Shown: positions 25,501 to 37,859 of the stretch, piece after piece
Layout: each line of letters opens with the position of its first letter
How positions within the stretch are numbered: position 1 is the first letter of the stretch
NCBI GenBank assembly: GCA_036172245.1
Contig: JAYWIR010000010.1
Location: 4,278,001-4,342,000, forward strand
Reading direction: 5' to 3'
From: Raillietiella orientalis
Taxonomy: Eukaryota
Length of the DNA stretch: 64,000 bases
Notes under the pieces: generated by a model
The model's database searches: none
Told to the model about the DNA's origin: nothing
Seen by the model: only the letters and a program-made list of their open reading frames with translations
Made by a program: the position numbers and the translations under genes

Positions 25501-26344
25501 TGAATTCAATGTTTTTTAAGTAGGAGGACTCTGTATTTTGCTGATGAAACATCCTTTATTCTGGAGGAAACGCTGAACTGCATGGTTTATCGCTTCGAGT
25601 CACCATCGCTTGCGTTCTCATCAACCACCTCCTTTTGATGACATTTTAGTTTCATTCGGGGAGGATTCCAAGGAAACCCAACTTCCATCTCCACAGACGA
25701 TTCAGTTCGTTGGGCACGTTCCCCTACTCTCCTACTATTCCATGCAGGTGGAAAAGCTACACACTGCCGCCTCGATGTGGGTAAATCGGTCCACAGAGAA
25801 CAATGATGCAGGTTTGTTTCCCCTCATCATCTCTGTGAGGCCTGAATTCAAACACCACGTCAGAAATCATCAGAGAGACTCTCGGACGTGTTGCACTGAT
25901 TACTCGGTGTTCAATCTCTTCTTTCCCATCCCAAACGCGAGATGAATTTCATGTGGTCATCCCGCAACTCTCTGGTTGAGGGATGACCATGATGGGTTGG
26001 TGTCGAGAGGAAACGTTTCCGATGTTGCCGGCCAGCCCATGACAAAAGACAAAGAAGTTTCCTCTGTGTTTCTTCAGCAACCCTCCGGAGGAGCCATACT
26101 CATTCAAGCTTCGAAGCTGCCTGCTTGTTTTAGGATTTCTTCCTCTCTTGCTGAGTCTCGCACGTGACTTGGTGAAGAGCTTCGAGAATGTTTCGGTCAC
26201 CAAGGTGACCTTAGAATCTTTCGCACTTTTAAACAGCTCTCAGCCTGCAAACTGCTTGATATGTATCAAAGAAAGGAAACTCAGAAGGTTGGACAGAAGC
26301 AGCCCTTTGATTTCGTAAGGTAATATCCGTTTGATTCTAATAGG

Positions 26345-26640
26345 CAGCAGGCCTCCGTATAACGCGGGGGATGGATATGTTCCAGGTTATATGAGACCCA
26401 TGAATTACACATGAACACAGCACGATGGCATCTACGAACGATAGAAAGTGCATTTTAAACATCTATCCTTCCACTTTAAAACGAAAAAGGAAAGGATTTA
26501 AAGCCTTTAATTCTCATTCAACTTGGAAGTCTTTCAGAGCTTTGCTGGTGTTTAACGAATTTAAACGGTTCCGTAGCTTCAGCTCCATCGTTCTCGCTGT
26601 TGGAAGACACACGTCCTCTTGCTGTGCCCGCGAAAATCTG
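26345..26640. mobile_element. Old pogo/Tigger-like MITE end, copy 1
   Basis: CCTCCGTATAACGCGGGGGAT..GTTCCAGG start; diverged homology to ~34293-34600 and ~59508-59830. Confidence 0.5.
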
Positions 26641-29187
26641 AATAGAATAGAATCCGATCCACTTGGGTGACGTGTTCTTGTTCTTTTTTAAAAACAAGTG
26701 AGCTGACAAGTGCAGTCTGCTTTGAGTTGGTGTCATGAAAGCTCGAGACTACCTACTTCTTGGAACGACCATCATTTCGTTTTTTTTTTTTTGATCTTCG
26801 TACTCGTAAATCAAGTCATTCATCGTGGCAGAATATGATCACATCGCGGAGGAAGTGCCGCCCCTTTATTACAGGCTCTTCTACTCGCTAATAATGCTCA
26901 TCATTATTACTCATCTTATTCCATCTGTTCGTTCCGTTCCTCGATCTTCTCAAATCTTTGGCAAAAAGATTGCCGCCATTAGCGCTGCTTCCAGCTGCTC
27001 CTTCAATGAACCAACAAATGTTTGGTACACCATAGGAGTAGGTGAAAAAAATAATAATGATAGTTATCGGAAATTTTCTGCCTTTTACGAATAAGCGCTA
27101 ATTGCTTTGTGCTCGAAACTTCCCCGAGTGTATTTGCAAATTTTGGATTTTTTTTTTTTTTGGCTGAAACACCGAACATCTTGCTGTTCAGCTTTCGTAT
27201 CGATTTTTTGCACGTGTTACTCGGAAAAATTGGTTTTCACTTCTATTTGACATCTACGAAAAAGGTCTCCAGAAAGATTCTTTCGTTAAGTCTTGTGAGT
27301 TCTTTTCCGAAACATCATCGGCGGATTTTCGGCATCTGACCTGATAGAAGGTTGTCCATAGATTTCGGGTCTCCAACCAACTGGCACCTTGCTGTTTGCT
27401 TTATATTGCCGCCTATTCTTTGCTTCTCTCTAAGGAAAATGCCACTTCTCGTTTTCCGCATACAAAAAAAAAATAAATCAAAAGATTTCCTTTTTGTTCG
27501 AACATTCGGTGGCGCTGCTCGAGACAAACGAGCCAGCAAGATGTTCGTTTTTTTCTTTGCAATGGGATTTTTGCCTTTCCGGAAACGAAACGCTTTCTCA
27601 GTGCCGCCAGGTACGCCTGAAGAACACCACCTATGTATTTCAAGGGGATGGTGTCTACGATATGAGATTTACCCACAGTCAATCATGAGATTTTACGAAG
27701 CAAATCCTTAACTGAGTTACAGGAGGCGTGGCTGCAAAGAGTCCTTAAGGGCGCTGAAGAATAGCTCGGGATTTATCGATCGGTTTCCTGAACCTATGAG
27801 AGCTTTTGTTGGCCCGGGGTCATCGAAGCAAGATACAATATCAAGGGGCCTGTAGCTTCAGAAATGATCGAGGTTTTCCTTTTGCAGACGGTGCCTCCCA
27901 CGACAGGTTCCAAGACCTCCTCCGTGCCGTCATCCGTCGAAACGCTTATTAGTAGCCTGGAAGTGTTGCAAGGTGCTGTCTCGAATCTCAAAGACAAACG
28001 CCGGATTCGGTGGAAGCTTTCACACCTCCAAATCAATCAGACTTTTAGACCGGGAGTGTATCATTGCCAGCGCTATGGCGTAAACGAAGGAATCGTGTTG
28101 CACTGCGTGTATAAAGCCCCGATGCAATGAGGTGCGTTCAGGACTTTCTGGATCTAGAGACGGCCCCAACAAGGAAAGTTTCAAGGAAGACATCCCGGTT
28201 TTTATAACACCCGGAAGAGCCTCCTGCCAGCTGGAGGCTATTTCCGGGGAAAGCCGGCAGCGCGCTCCTTAGGGAAAATTTGCGCGCTTCTCAGAACGTG
28301 CTCGTTTCAGACAAAGTAATAGGAAGTGTAAGCCAAAGTGTTGTCGACATCTTTGAAACGTTCAGAATATTCCAAGAAGTGATCTCAGCTGACGAATTAC
28401 CTTTTTTAAATGCTTCCGACCGCTTTAACCTACCCGGTCCATGCAAGCAATAGGTGATTCCGAAGGATGGATGTCTGAAAAATCGAGGGCTTTTCATTTT
28501 ATCCAGGTGACGAACTCCGGAAACACCGATCCAACCAGAGGCTGCTCCGAGGGGAAGATGGACTTGAACCACGTATGATGTGATGGAATTTCTACCGATT
28601 CGCCTCGTTCCAAAGCTCGGCGAGCGTCCATCTCTCGGTTGAGACGAGCAACGTTTGCAGCTTCTTGCCTCGACACATCTGAAGTCATTTTTCAACTCGC
28701 GGTCTCCCAAAAGGAAACTGCCCGTAGCATGGAAGAATGTTGGAATCCCTTGGCATGGGTGTCTTCTCACGCGACTCCTCGACTTCTCTGGAGCAAACGC
28801 GCGCTCCGCCCCATGTTTGGCCCTCCTGGCCGAATCAAAGCAAAAGCCAACAGGCAAAGCAAAAGACGAAGAAAAAAGTTGGAAGAGAAAAACAGCAGCA
28901 GCAGAAAAGTGAGCACTTTTCCCGAAAGATCAGACTGAGACCACCCACGCAACACGGAAGGCGTCCTGGTACACGTGCTCGAGCAATACACCCTCGAATC
29001 TGAAGAGGATTTCAGCCGACGGCATTGTTTTCTTGCAAGACGATAGCGTCGGTTGAAAGGAACCCCTTGGTTAGCAGCAGTGAATTCCAATAGGGAAAAA
29101 ACAAAAACAAAAGAAGGACAGGGCTATCCAGATTCCCGGTCTCTGGTGACGACGGACACGATCCACACAAGGGGCTCCATTTCCCCC

Positions 29188-29432
29188 GCAAAAGTGCTGC
29201 TCCACGCAAAGGCGAATCTCTTCAGAAATCCGCCTTTTCGCTTTATGCGGCCATCGTCCATGGTGACAGGAAGATGGTCATGGTGCTTCTGCAGGAAGTT
29301 GCGGGGTTATCCTCTCGGGGCGAATACGGAAGCGCCTCGCTGCACTTTGCCTCAGAGCAGATGAACGACCACATCGCTGGATTGCTTGTACTCAGCTATG
29401 CAGACTCTGATGCTTTGAAATGGAGGGGAATG
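29188..29432 (+). pseudogene. Ankyrin-repeat gene fragment (2-3 repeats, frameshifted)
   Basis: AKVLLHAKANL / SLYAAIVHGDRKMVMVLLQEVAGLSSRGEYG / SASLHFASEQMNDHIAGLLVLSYADSDALKWRG; ~33-aa periodicity fits the ankyrin consensus. Confidence 0.7.
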
Positions 29433-31430
29433 GACCGCAGCGCACGGCTCTGTGCTTCCGAAGCCTTGGAGACTGGCAGCGAAAAAAGTCCAACTCTTCT
29501 GCTCACTGGAAATCTGAAAGGACATGACCGAAGGCTCGTCTACCTGCCCGGCTCCACAAAAAAATCTTCACGCCGCTCTTCTGCAGACGTATACGTACAG
29601 GGTGTCCGCTTGTGAAGCAGTGCCGAGGGAGGAATCAAACCGCAAGGTCAGTGCGTTCGAATCAGGCCGTAGCCGATACCAGCTGCCGTGGTCCCTTAAG
29701 GCGATTCGAGATCGATTGGTATTCAAATCAGAAGTTGAAGATTCGGAGTGTTGCAGAATAGACAGATATATTGCAAAAAAAAAATAAAAGAAAATAGCAG
29801 TGGTCAGCTGAAATTTTACGATTTCGTTTTTGGTTTCGTTGAGTTGATTGGTTCAGAGGGCGAGATACAGTTGCTAAGACACCGTAGGAGGACAGCTCAT
29901 AATGTGCATGCATCTCGGAGAGTATCGTTTGTAAGATCTCGTTTGTTCTTGCTCCATCATTCTACTGGAATGCCTTCCTCGCTTTGCCATGGTCACCGCA
30001 CCAGCAGACATCAGTGCAAGAGGGCAACATTGCCGTCTGAACGGATTCCACCTCCCGCCAAGAGAGGAAAAACCTCACCTCACGAACCACTCCTAACCGA
30101 TGGTTTATTTTCGAGATTCGTCCCAGCTCGGCGAGTTCTTGCGGCGGACTCATTTTCGGCATCCGAGTCCCTGTACCTTGAGGACACGGCTGTCCGAGCC
30201 ATTGACTCCGAGTGAATCCTTCCCTAGACATGTCAGACGAACGGAATCCTTGAATAAAATTGTTATGCGTCTCCCTGAACAGTGTTCTAGAAGGAGGCAT
30301 CCAGCAGTGTGGTTTTTCAAAGTCCGCAAGCACTTGGGAACGAGCAGTTCCTAAAGATCCCCCCAACAGGATCCAAGCGCCGCTGAAGCTCGAGCAGATT
30401 TCCGAGGGAAGCGAAACCGACGGGAAGAACGCACCCCGAAAGGAAGGCAGATCGTGCTGTAATCTGAAGCATTGACAGACTTATCCTTGACTCTCGTGCA
30501 TTTGCCAAGGCGCTCCGAGAGCTTCCCTCTTGCCTTCCCTATCTGTTTCCATCAGAAATAAGCGGCAGGCGCGGAAAGGAAGCCCAACCGTTTAAGGGTC
30601 GTGACGGAGCGTGCGCTGCCGCCCTCCGTACAAGCTAGGTGTGCTTCGGAATAAAATTCCCGGAAAATGGCCGGCCATTGGTCTTCGAAGGGATTTACTT
30701 ATCCCCGAACTCGTGCTTTCGTCAAGCGCTGGATGGAGATTCTCAACGAGACGCACGTGGAGCAAAGCGCGCGCGTTTTTCTCTTTTCTTTCGACCCCAG
30801 CAGCAGGTTCGACGCTCCGGCCGTTCGACGCTCTTTGACGTTGTCAGAAAGAAAAGAGCCCATACAGCCTTCTCATACAAAGGCAATCAAAATATAAACG
30901 GAATTCTGTTCCCCTGCTTCTAAACATACGCTTTATTTATTTAGATATAATTTTTCTGTATATTTCTTATCTACCTATGTTTCCATATATATATTTTTTG
31001 ATACATATAGTTTTATCTATCTGGCTGTATTTTTAATATTCGTAAATTTTTTTTATTTTATCGTAGCAGAAAGGCTTCAAGGGTTCGTTTTACTGCTTTG
31101 AACAGCGCTCAGGAATGCCAAAACAGGAGCGCTGCTTCTGGCGTAAGCAGCAAGACTCGAAAGCAATGCAGAATTCCTGAAGATAAGAAGGGAGAGAAGA
31201 GCTCGAAAACAAAGGCTTCTTTGAATAGGTCTCCTCTCTTCCCTCACTGAACTGCCCTTATGAAATTTTGATAGAATAAGCTAATAAGGAATTATAAATC
31301 CTGGTGAAGATCCCGAAGGGAGTTTGCCTTCACAACGTGGTCCATTCCAAGAACGAGTCCACTTGAAATATTATTATTTTTTTTAAAAAAAGCGACCTAA
31401 CGGGGAGATGGTCACCATTGACCTAGGATG

Positions 31431-32446
31431 ATTATCACCCGTTCATGCCGGAGCATTTATTACATAGAGCTGACGTTGCATTGGGGTCTACCCTGCAACG
31501 CGCGCTGCTTCCACTGGACCCGGGGGAGAGTAAATCCTGAGTGTGCCCGGTGTGGGGAGCGGGAATCGCTCCCCCACCTTCTTGTTGACTGTGCTGCCCT
31601 CCGACCCATGTGGGAACGGTTTGGGACGACCCTAGGGCTCCCTACGGGCAGTGCGCTCAGAGACGTTTTCCGACTTCTCTTCGTGCGGGACGCCCTGCAG
31701 CCAGTCGCAGCCGTGGCAGCATTATGCTGCATCCGAGGCGTCGTGGCGGCGTGGAGTGATGCCTGCGACGAAGATGTGGACCAGAACGAGAGGGCCGTCA
31801 TCCCGTATGCTGTTTGCTTTCTGACGAGAGCTACTGGATGGCCCCAGCTGGGTACAATTCGAATGGACTTAAAGGGCTTCCTTCGCAGGATGGGCCCTCC
31901 TCACAGTGCACAGTGTTCCCTTCCCAGCCCTCCAACTTCTTTTTGTTTTCCTTACTTTTTATTTTTCCTTTTGTTTTCTCCCCCATCCTTTCCACTGCCG
32001 AGGAGAGCCACGTCGGGCTGCTTCCCGGCGTCCCAGCAGGTCCGGCGTTGTGTGGCCGTTAGTGGGGCCTGGTACCACGTATGTAGAATGTTTTTTAATA
32101 AACGCCCCGGGATCACCCGGGTGGAAATTACGTAGAGTGATAAAAAAATACATTGGTGTGGTTCTAACTACGTTCTAACCACGTGTGATGTACCTGCCGA
32201 AGAGCGGCTCGCAGACCAGCGAGGTCCGCTTCGGCAGCGTGGGGGAGGGGAAAGCAAAAACAAATAAAACAGGGGAGGGGAATTTCTGCACGGGGAGGGT
32301 GTGGAACCGAGAAAGGGATCACGGTACTCTTCCAGGTGTCCTCTGCGTCCTGTTCAGGATGCTGGCAGGTTCCGTGGGGATTCGAACCCGCAACGTCTGG
32401 GCGCCACGCGCGGAGACACTGCAGCCACGCAACCGCCAAAGCGGGC
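31431..32446 (-). mobile_element. tRNA-headed SINE (~350 bp net) with LINE-B-derived 3' tail, split by B4
   Basis: Head GCCCGCTTTGGCGG..GTGG with B-box GGTTCGAATCC (32378-32388) joins CAGCATCCTGAACAGGACGCAGAGGAC (compare 1465-1491). Terminal AATAAATGCTCCGGCATGAACGGGTGATAA at 31432-31461. Confidence 0.85.
31470..32128 (+). mobile_element. 5'-truncated LINE-B copy (B4)
   Basis: Open frame LHWGLPCN..CARCGERESLPHLLVDCAALRPMW (CCHC). TSD ATTAC(A/G)TAGAG at 31459-31469 and 32127-32137. Confidence 0.92.
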
Positions 32447-34292
32447 GTTTTAAAATCTTCAGATCTCTTCGGCTGATGCTCGTTGTGCCATTCTCCCGAA
32501 TCCTCTGCTTTCTACGTGACCTCAGCATCCTCCAGTCATTTCACCCTGGCGTTCTGCCACTGCTCACCATTTGCTTTTCCCTGGACAGCGTGGATGTTTT
32601 TTTTTTTTTTCCAGAAGGAGCATTCGTCGAGTTCCCCTGTTGTTCATCTTCCATCTTTCATCTCGGCGTCTTTTCATCGGTGTCCGTGGATTCTCTTCGT
32701 CGGAGAGAAGAGAACTTCGCAGGTCTCGGGCGGAAAAGCTCGGAAAATCGAAGGTGCTGAACCAATTTCGCATTCCTCTGGCCTTGGCAATGGACGGTTC
32801 TCCATCAGGGCTCAAGAACCACTATTTTTATCATATCAATGAGAGTGAAAGAAAAAAAAAAAAAAGGTTGTTGACCAGTTACTAACTTGTCTCTGACTTC
32901 GGACGCTGAAGCAACAAAAGTGATGCACGATCTTATTCCTCGAGAGGTCTATGAGGATTTTCTTGGTCTGCCTACAAAATTCATGGAATGCTTTTTATAG
33001 AACTCACGACTGGCAAGAGAATCATTTCCAGGTGAGAAACGAATGGTTTGACCTTGGGAGAGAGAAAGGTTCTTTTACGCCATCGAGATTGCGAGAGGCC
33101 AAAATGAGTGTCCATCCTGCATTCGCGTCAGCGCTCTTTTGTGAGGTCACGGGAAGCCAAGTCAGGCCAAGCGCTTTCCGAATCCTGAACGCTCTTCTCA
33201 GTAACCAAAACCGGATTCCTTCACTCTGTAAAGCAGCGAGGGCAATGGACAATGCCTTGTCCATGGCCGCTTTCGGTCTCTCTTTGCAGAAACAGAAAGG
33301 CGTTCGTTCATCATCCAGACCTCACTCTAGAATCCGAAGACTTGCTTTCAATCGTGACTCGGCTTCTTTCACCGAACCCTGCCCATTCACTGCAGACCAG
33401 CAACGGGCTGCAGTTCGTTGAAGAAATGCGGGGTGCGTCGGAGCTTTAAACACAGTGAATGCCAGCTCCCTTCAGTCTAAAATCTACAATAGCCTTTCTT
33501 TTATTTATTTATTTATTTATGTTACCTCATGTTGGTGTCCTGGAATTTTGCCGATCCAGCTGTTAGATGATGAGTGACCTTTCCCCGGTCACCCGTGCTG
33601 GAGGCATGTTCAGAGAAAAATGGATCAAAGAGGCGGAAGACAATGAGATTCCTTCGTCGAACAGCAATTGCATCCATGGAATAAGAAACAAAAAACATTT
33701 ATAGAAGGCGGGCAAAAAGACTGCAACCGTAAATAAAACCTCAGCAAGCAGTTGCTTACAGCTTCAACAGTAGGATCTTTGATCTCTTTGTGCTCCGAGG
33801 CAAAATGCCTCTCTCTATGTCACATTCTTCCGTAGTTTCGACAGAATCTCGTGAGTTTAAGAATGTAGCTTTCGCAATTACTTCTGCGAAGGAAAATTTT
33901 CCGGTCCAAGCAGAATTGTACTTCTGGTCCACATCACAGCCATTTCTTTCCTTCCTAGTACCAGTAGTTTACACTCTGGGAACGACCGCCTACATAGGTT
34001 TCCTAGACCGCATAGGGATACCGGAAAGACTACTAGTCCTCTGAACGAAGAACAGGAACTTTCGTGTACTTCTTGCTCACGCTTTTGCACTCGCAGCTCC
34101 TCTGATATCTGACATCCTGTGCAGTGGCAGATCCCTCTGTGTGGAAGCAAGTTTTCCAGCACAGCAAGAAATTATCCACAATGGATTTTCAGCGTCAACT
34201 TTTTTTATACTTGAGGTGCTGAACCGCTTTTGCGTTCCAACGTTTCCTTAGCAGTAGAGGGTCCTTTATCAGGGCCTTTTTCAAGTGAAGAA

Positions 34293-34600
34293 TACGGAGA
34301 AATACCCATATAACGCGAGGGATGCGCAACCGCGCGTTATATGAGCCCCATGGGTTGGTTACACATAGCTATGGCAGTATCCATCAAAGATATAAAGTAA
34401 CGGTGGAACGTCCACTTTGAGACGAAAGGAAAAAAAAGTGGAAGGCGCTTCTTTCGTTGTCTGACTGGAAGCAAAGAAAAAAGCTTCCAGAGGTGTGCAG
34501 TGAATTCAGACGCTCCTGAAGTTCCAGCTCTATCTTCCCGATACTTCCGAAAGATGCGTCTCCACGCGCTATGTATTCAGGAGAATCCGAGTCTGTCGGA
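34293..34600. mobile_element. Old pogo/Tigger-like MITE end, copy 2
   Basis: CCCATATAACGCGAGGGATGCG..GTTATATGAGCCCCATG..GATATAAAGT..CCACTTTGAGACGAAA, shared with the 26.35 and 59.5 kb copies. Confidence 0.5.
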
Positions 34601-35001
34601 TCACGTGCTTGCACTCCTTTTTTTTTTTTTACGGGAGCAGCCGGACTGAAACGGTGCCGCGAAAGTAAAAAATTTGTCCACAGCTTCCGTGCGTTAGGAC
34701 CGCTTCACCGCGCTGTACGAGGCATGCTGTGCCGGATTTGCCCAAGCGAGCCTGGAGGAGCGGTACGTTCCCATTTTGAGCCAAGTCTCCGCGGCCCGTA
34801 CAAAGGGACGCCAGGTGGCCCCGCTGCCGCAGAACAATAGGCCCTTCCTATGCGAGTCCAGTAATGGTTTCCGCCCGCGAGATAAAGAATCGATTCGCGC
34901 GGCCAAACTTGCGAGCCGCAGAAGGCCGCCGTGGCATGCAAATCCACAGGAGGAATGCTGGGTCTTCGGGGAGGAAAAAAATTTCCACTAGCAGCCGTCT
35001 T

Positions 35002-36420
35002 TCCCCTGTCCCGACTCGCGGTGGGGTAACTTTTATTAAACTACGAATTAAATTACACTCAGATCATTCTTCCTTTTTCTCCACTGTCGCTGCGATTGGT
35101 GGGTAGTGGACTGAATTTCAGCCCAGATAACAGGAGCATTTATAGGCCTTTGACGTGGGTCATGGCCTGCACCACCTTGCCTTTCTTTTGGAGCCGTTCG
35201 GGGGTGACTACCACTTTAATGGCTGTCTTTTCGTTGATCCTACTGTTGCCATCTTGATGCCTCCTCCTCGGGGGTCCAATTCCCGTGGATTCTCGTTTTC
35301 TGTGCCTGGGGGTGTACCATCTGCACCTCCGGAAGGCGTGCACACACAAGCCACGCTTCTTTCCTTCTGTCTATGGGATGCACGACGGGCAGGATCGCAG
35401 TGTGTATACAGCTGTCTCTGTTTCTTTCTTAGCAGGGGAGCGAAGAGTTTTGTCCTTCACTTCGTCGACCAGGGAGCTCGCCTGGAGAACTAACTTCCCT
35501 TCTGCTTCTGTTGATCGAGGGGGACCCTCTGTTTTCAGTTATTTCGGTTTTTCCAACAGGTTTTTCGTTAGGGGCAGTCCCTCATGTTCCTGCAATTTGG
35601 TTTCCTTTCCTGTCGTGGTCTCCTTGCTGCATCTCATTGCAAACGTCTGTTGCCGTGGTTGGTCACACTCGTTCGCTTCACTTCAGGACCCCCCGGAGGC
35701 AGACGACTTCGAGATTCCGACTGATGCTGAAATTTCCTGCAATCCTTCCTCTCTCGTGACTCGCTGCTTTGCGGAAGAAGGCACCGCATGGGGCGCACGG
35801 AATCGGCTGACGCATGCCCTGTCTTTCCGCACTGCCTGCGTGTTTGGTGCTGGGGCACGTTGCTGCTCTGTGGCCGACCGTCGTGCACTTGCGGCAGAAG
35901 TCCGGCTGTTCGTGGGTCACCCGCACAGTTTGCGAATGTTCGTCGATCCGGGTGAGGCTGGGAATCTTCGCATCTTTGGACATGCGGATCTTCGTCACCA
36001 CCTGTCCCGCAAAGGTTCCGTCCCTGTACGCCTTCTCTCGGAGTTTGGAGACTCCGCCGTGTTGCTCGAAGCACGTCCATATACTCCTGGCTCCCAGGAC
36101 CAAAAGGCGGACTGTCGCCGCCGCCTGTTCGCAGATGACTTGTGAGATCCTTCCATTAAGGAGTGAACCATTCTCCACGAGATCGTCGATCACTTTGGGG
36201 CTATCCGTGTACATAGAGAAGCCCCCGACGCACGGCACGATTGTCTGATCCTGGTGAAGTCGATGTTCTGGTGGTGGATAGCGAGACAGATATCTCGCAC
36301 AGCACTGTTGGCGGCTGATTCCATCGGGAAGGTGACGATGGTCACCTCTGGACCGAAATCTCTCAGAGGACATGAACCTTTCTTGATTCCTCTTCCGGCG
36401 ATAGCGCCTCATTCCGTGGT
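35002..36420 (-). mobile_element. ORF1-only (HAL1-like) derivative of lineage A
   Basis: GTFAGQVVTKIRMSKDAKIP..DEHSQTVRVTHEQPDFCRKCTTVGHRAATC aligns with LINE-A ORF1 (YSGQATLKLRMSKDTRIP..DEHTTSLQVTYREQSDF). Stop at 35140-35142, then AATAAA (35032-35037) and a terminus matching 7383-7416. No EN or RT in between. Confidence 0.78.
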
Positions 36421-36454
36421 TGCCACGGACGCGGCCACGCTTGCGTATGATAAT

Positions 36455-37245
36455 GCTGCAGGTGCCTTATTTGCTGTCCCAGCGTGTTGGGACAGTGGCA
36501 CCCTCCCCCTCGAGTGGCGGGAGTTGGCGTCGCTGGTGTTGCATTCGGGAATCCCATGCAAAGCGCATCTCCATCATCGAACACGGGAAGTATGGATGTC
36601 CGCTGGGGAAGGTGCGGAGAGAAAGAGACTTTCCCTCACCTTCGGCTGGACTGTGCCGCCCCCCGATCCCTTTGGGATCGGCTGTCGACGATCCTAGAAA
36701 TCCCGGAGAGCGGCCCCAAGAACGTTTTTGGGCGCCTCTCCATGCGTGTCGCTCTGCCGCCAGCCGCGTCCCTAGCAGTTCTCTGCTGCTTCCGCGGAAT
36801 CGTGGCAGCCTGGAACGCGGAAAGAAGAGGACGCCATCCTCTAGACTCGGCTCTTTTTGAAGACCGTGTCGAGATAGTCCCACCTTGTCAACATCCTCTA
36901 CAGGATGCAGAGGATGTTTCCCGGTGCCTTGTAATTCTTTCCTCGCCCTCCCCTTCCCAAGAAACATTCCCTCCCCCCCTTTTTTTTTTGTGGTTTTTTT
37001 TGGTTTTCCCTCCCCCTTTGCCGCGGAAACGGACCTCTCCGGTTTACATACCGGTGACGACAAGTTGGCCGTTAGTGGGGCCTGGTACCACGTTTGTGGA
37101 ATGTTTTTTAATAAACGCCCCGGGATTACCCGGGTGGAAATGACAAGTTGGACTCACGTGGTGAACAAGTGTTTCACCACATGACAAATATAATGTACTT
37201 TTATTATTTTTATAATAAGTGCCCCGGCAAATCCGGGTGATAAAA
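36455..37245 (+). mobile_element. 5'-truncated LINE-B copy (B5) containing a 73-bp nested insertion
   Basis: RCGEKETFPHLRLDCAA; 3' UTR colinear with B1. Hairpin at 37158-37180; terminal CCCGGCAAATCCGGGTGA. Confidence 0.88.
37069..37141 (+). mobile_element. 73-bp extreme 3'-end insertion of the B4 subfamily (B6)
   Basis: Perfect 10-bp TSD GACAAGTTGG at 37059-37068 and 37142-37151. About 3 differences from 32056-32128. Confidence 0.92.
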
Positions 37246-37499
37246 CCTGCTGCTGCTCGACAAGGGACGTAATGAATGACATGAATGATGAAAGACATGA
37301 TGAAATGAAAGGGGCGCCATCCACTGGGCGACAATCTTCTCGAAGTCCGCGTTGAGATGGCCCCACCTGGTTAGCCTTCGGAGAGAACTTGTCAGCATCC
37401 TGTCGCAGCTGTCCTCGGCCTAACCGCCGTCCTGGCCGATGGTCCCGCTTCCACTTCCATCCTTTCTGCATTCCCTTCCAGCGTCGTGGGTCTGGGCTA

Positions 37500-37700
37500 T
37501 GGGCCAAGTTTTCAACTAGCCACAATCACGTCTCTGTCTCCGCTCCTCAGCTACTTCCAGTCTGTCCTTCAGCCGTCACTTCTCCCTGTCAGGGCACACC
37601 AAAATCGCCGCGAGGACAGAGGTACTTCACGCTGCACCTGGGCAGGGTGTTGGGTCAAGTTTTCAACTGGCGACTAACGCGTATCCGTCTCCGTCCTCGA
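37500..37700. repeat. Diverged direct repeat with ~150-bp period
   Basis: TGGGCCAAGTTTTCAACTAGC..GTCTCCGCTCCTC versus TGGGTCAAGTTTTCAACTGGC..GTCTCCGTCCTC. Confidence 0.7.
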
Positions 37701-37859
37701 CACAGCGCACGCGCGCGCAAAGGCTCTCCTTAGGGAGCAGTCGTTCCGACCATCATCTGCTGGCACGGGATGCGGTCGCTGTCTCCGGGAGCCACGAAGC
37801 GCGCTCCTTCGTCGCCCGAATTGTAGCGACGGTGGATTCATGGTGCCGTTCTTCGGTGT

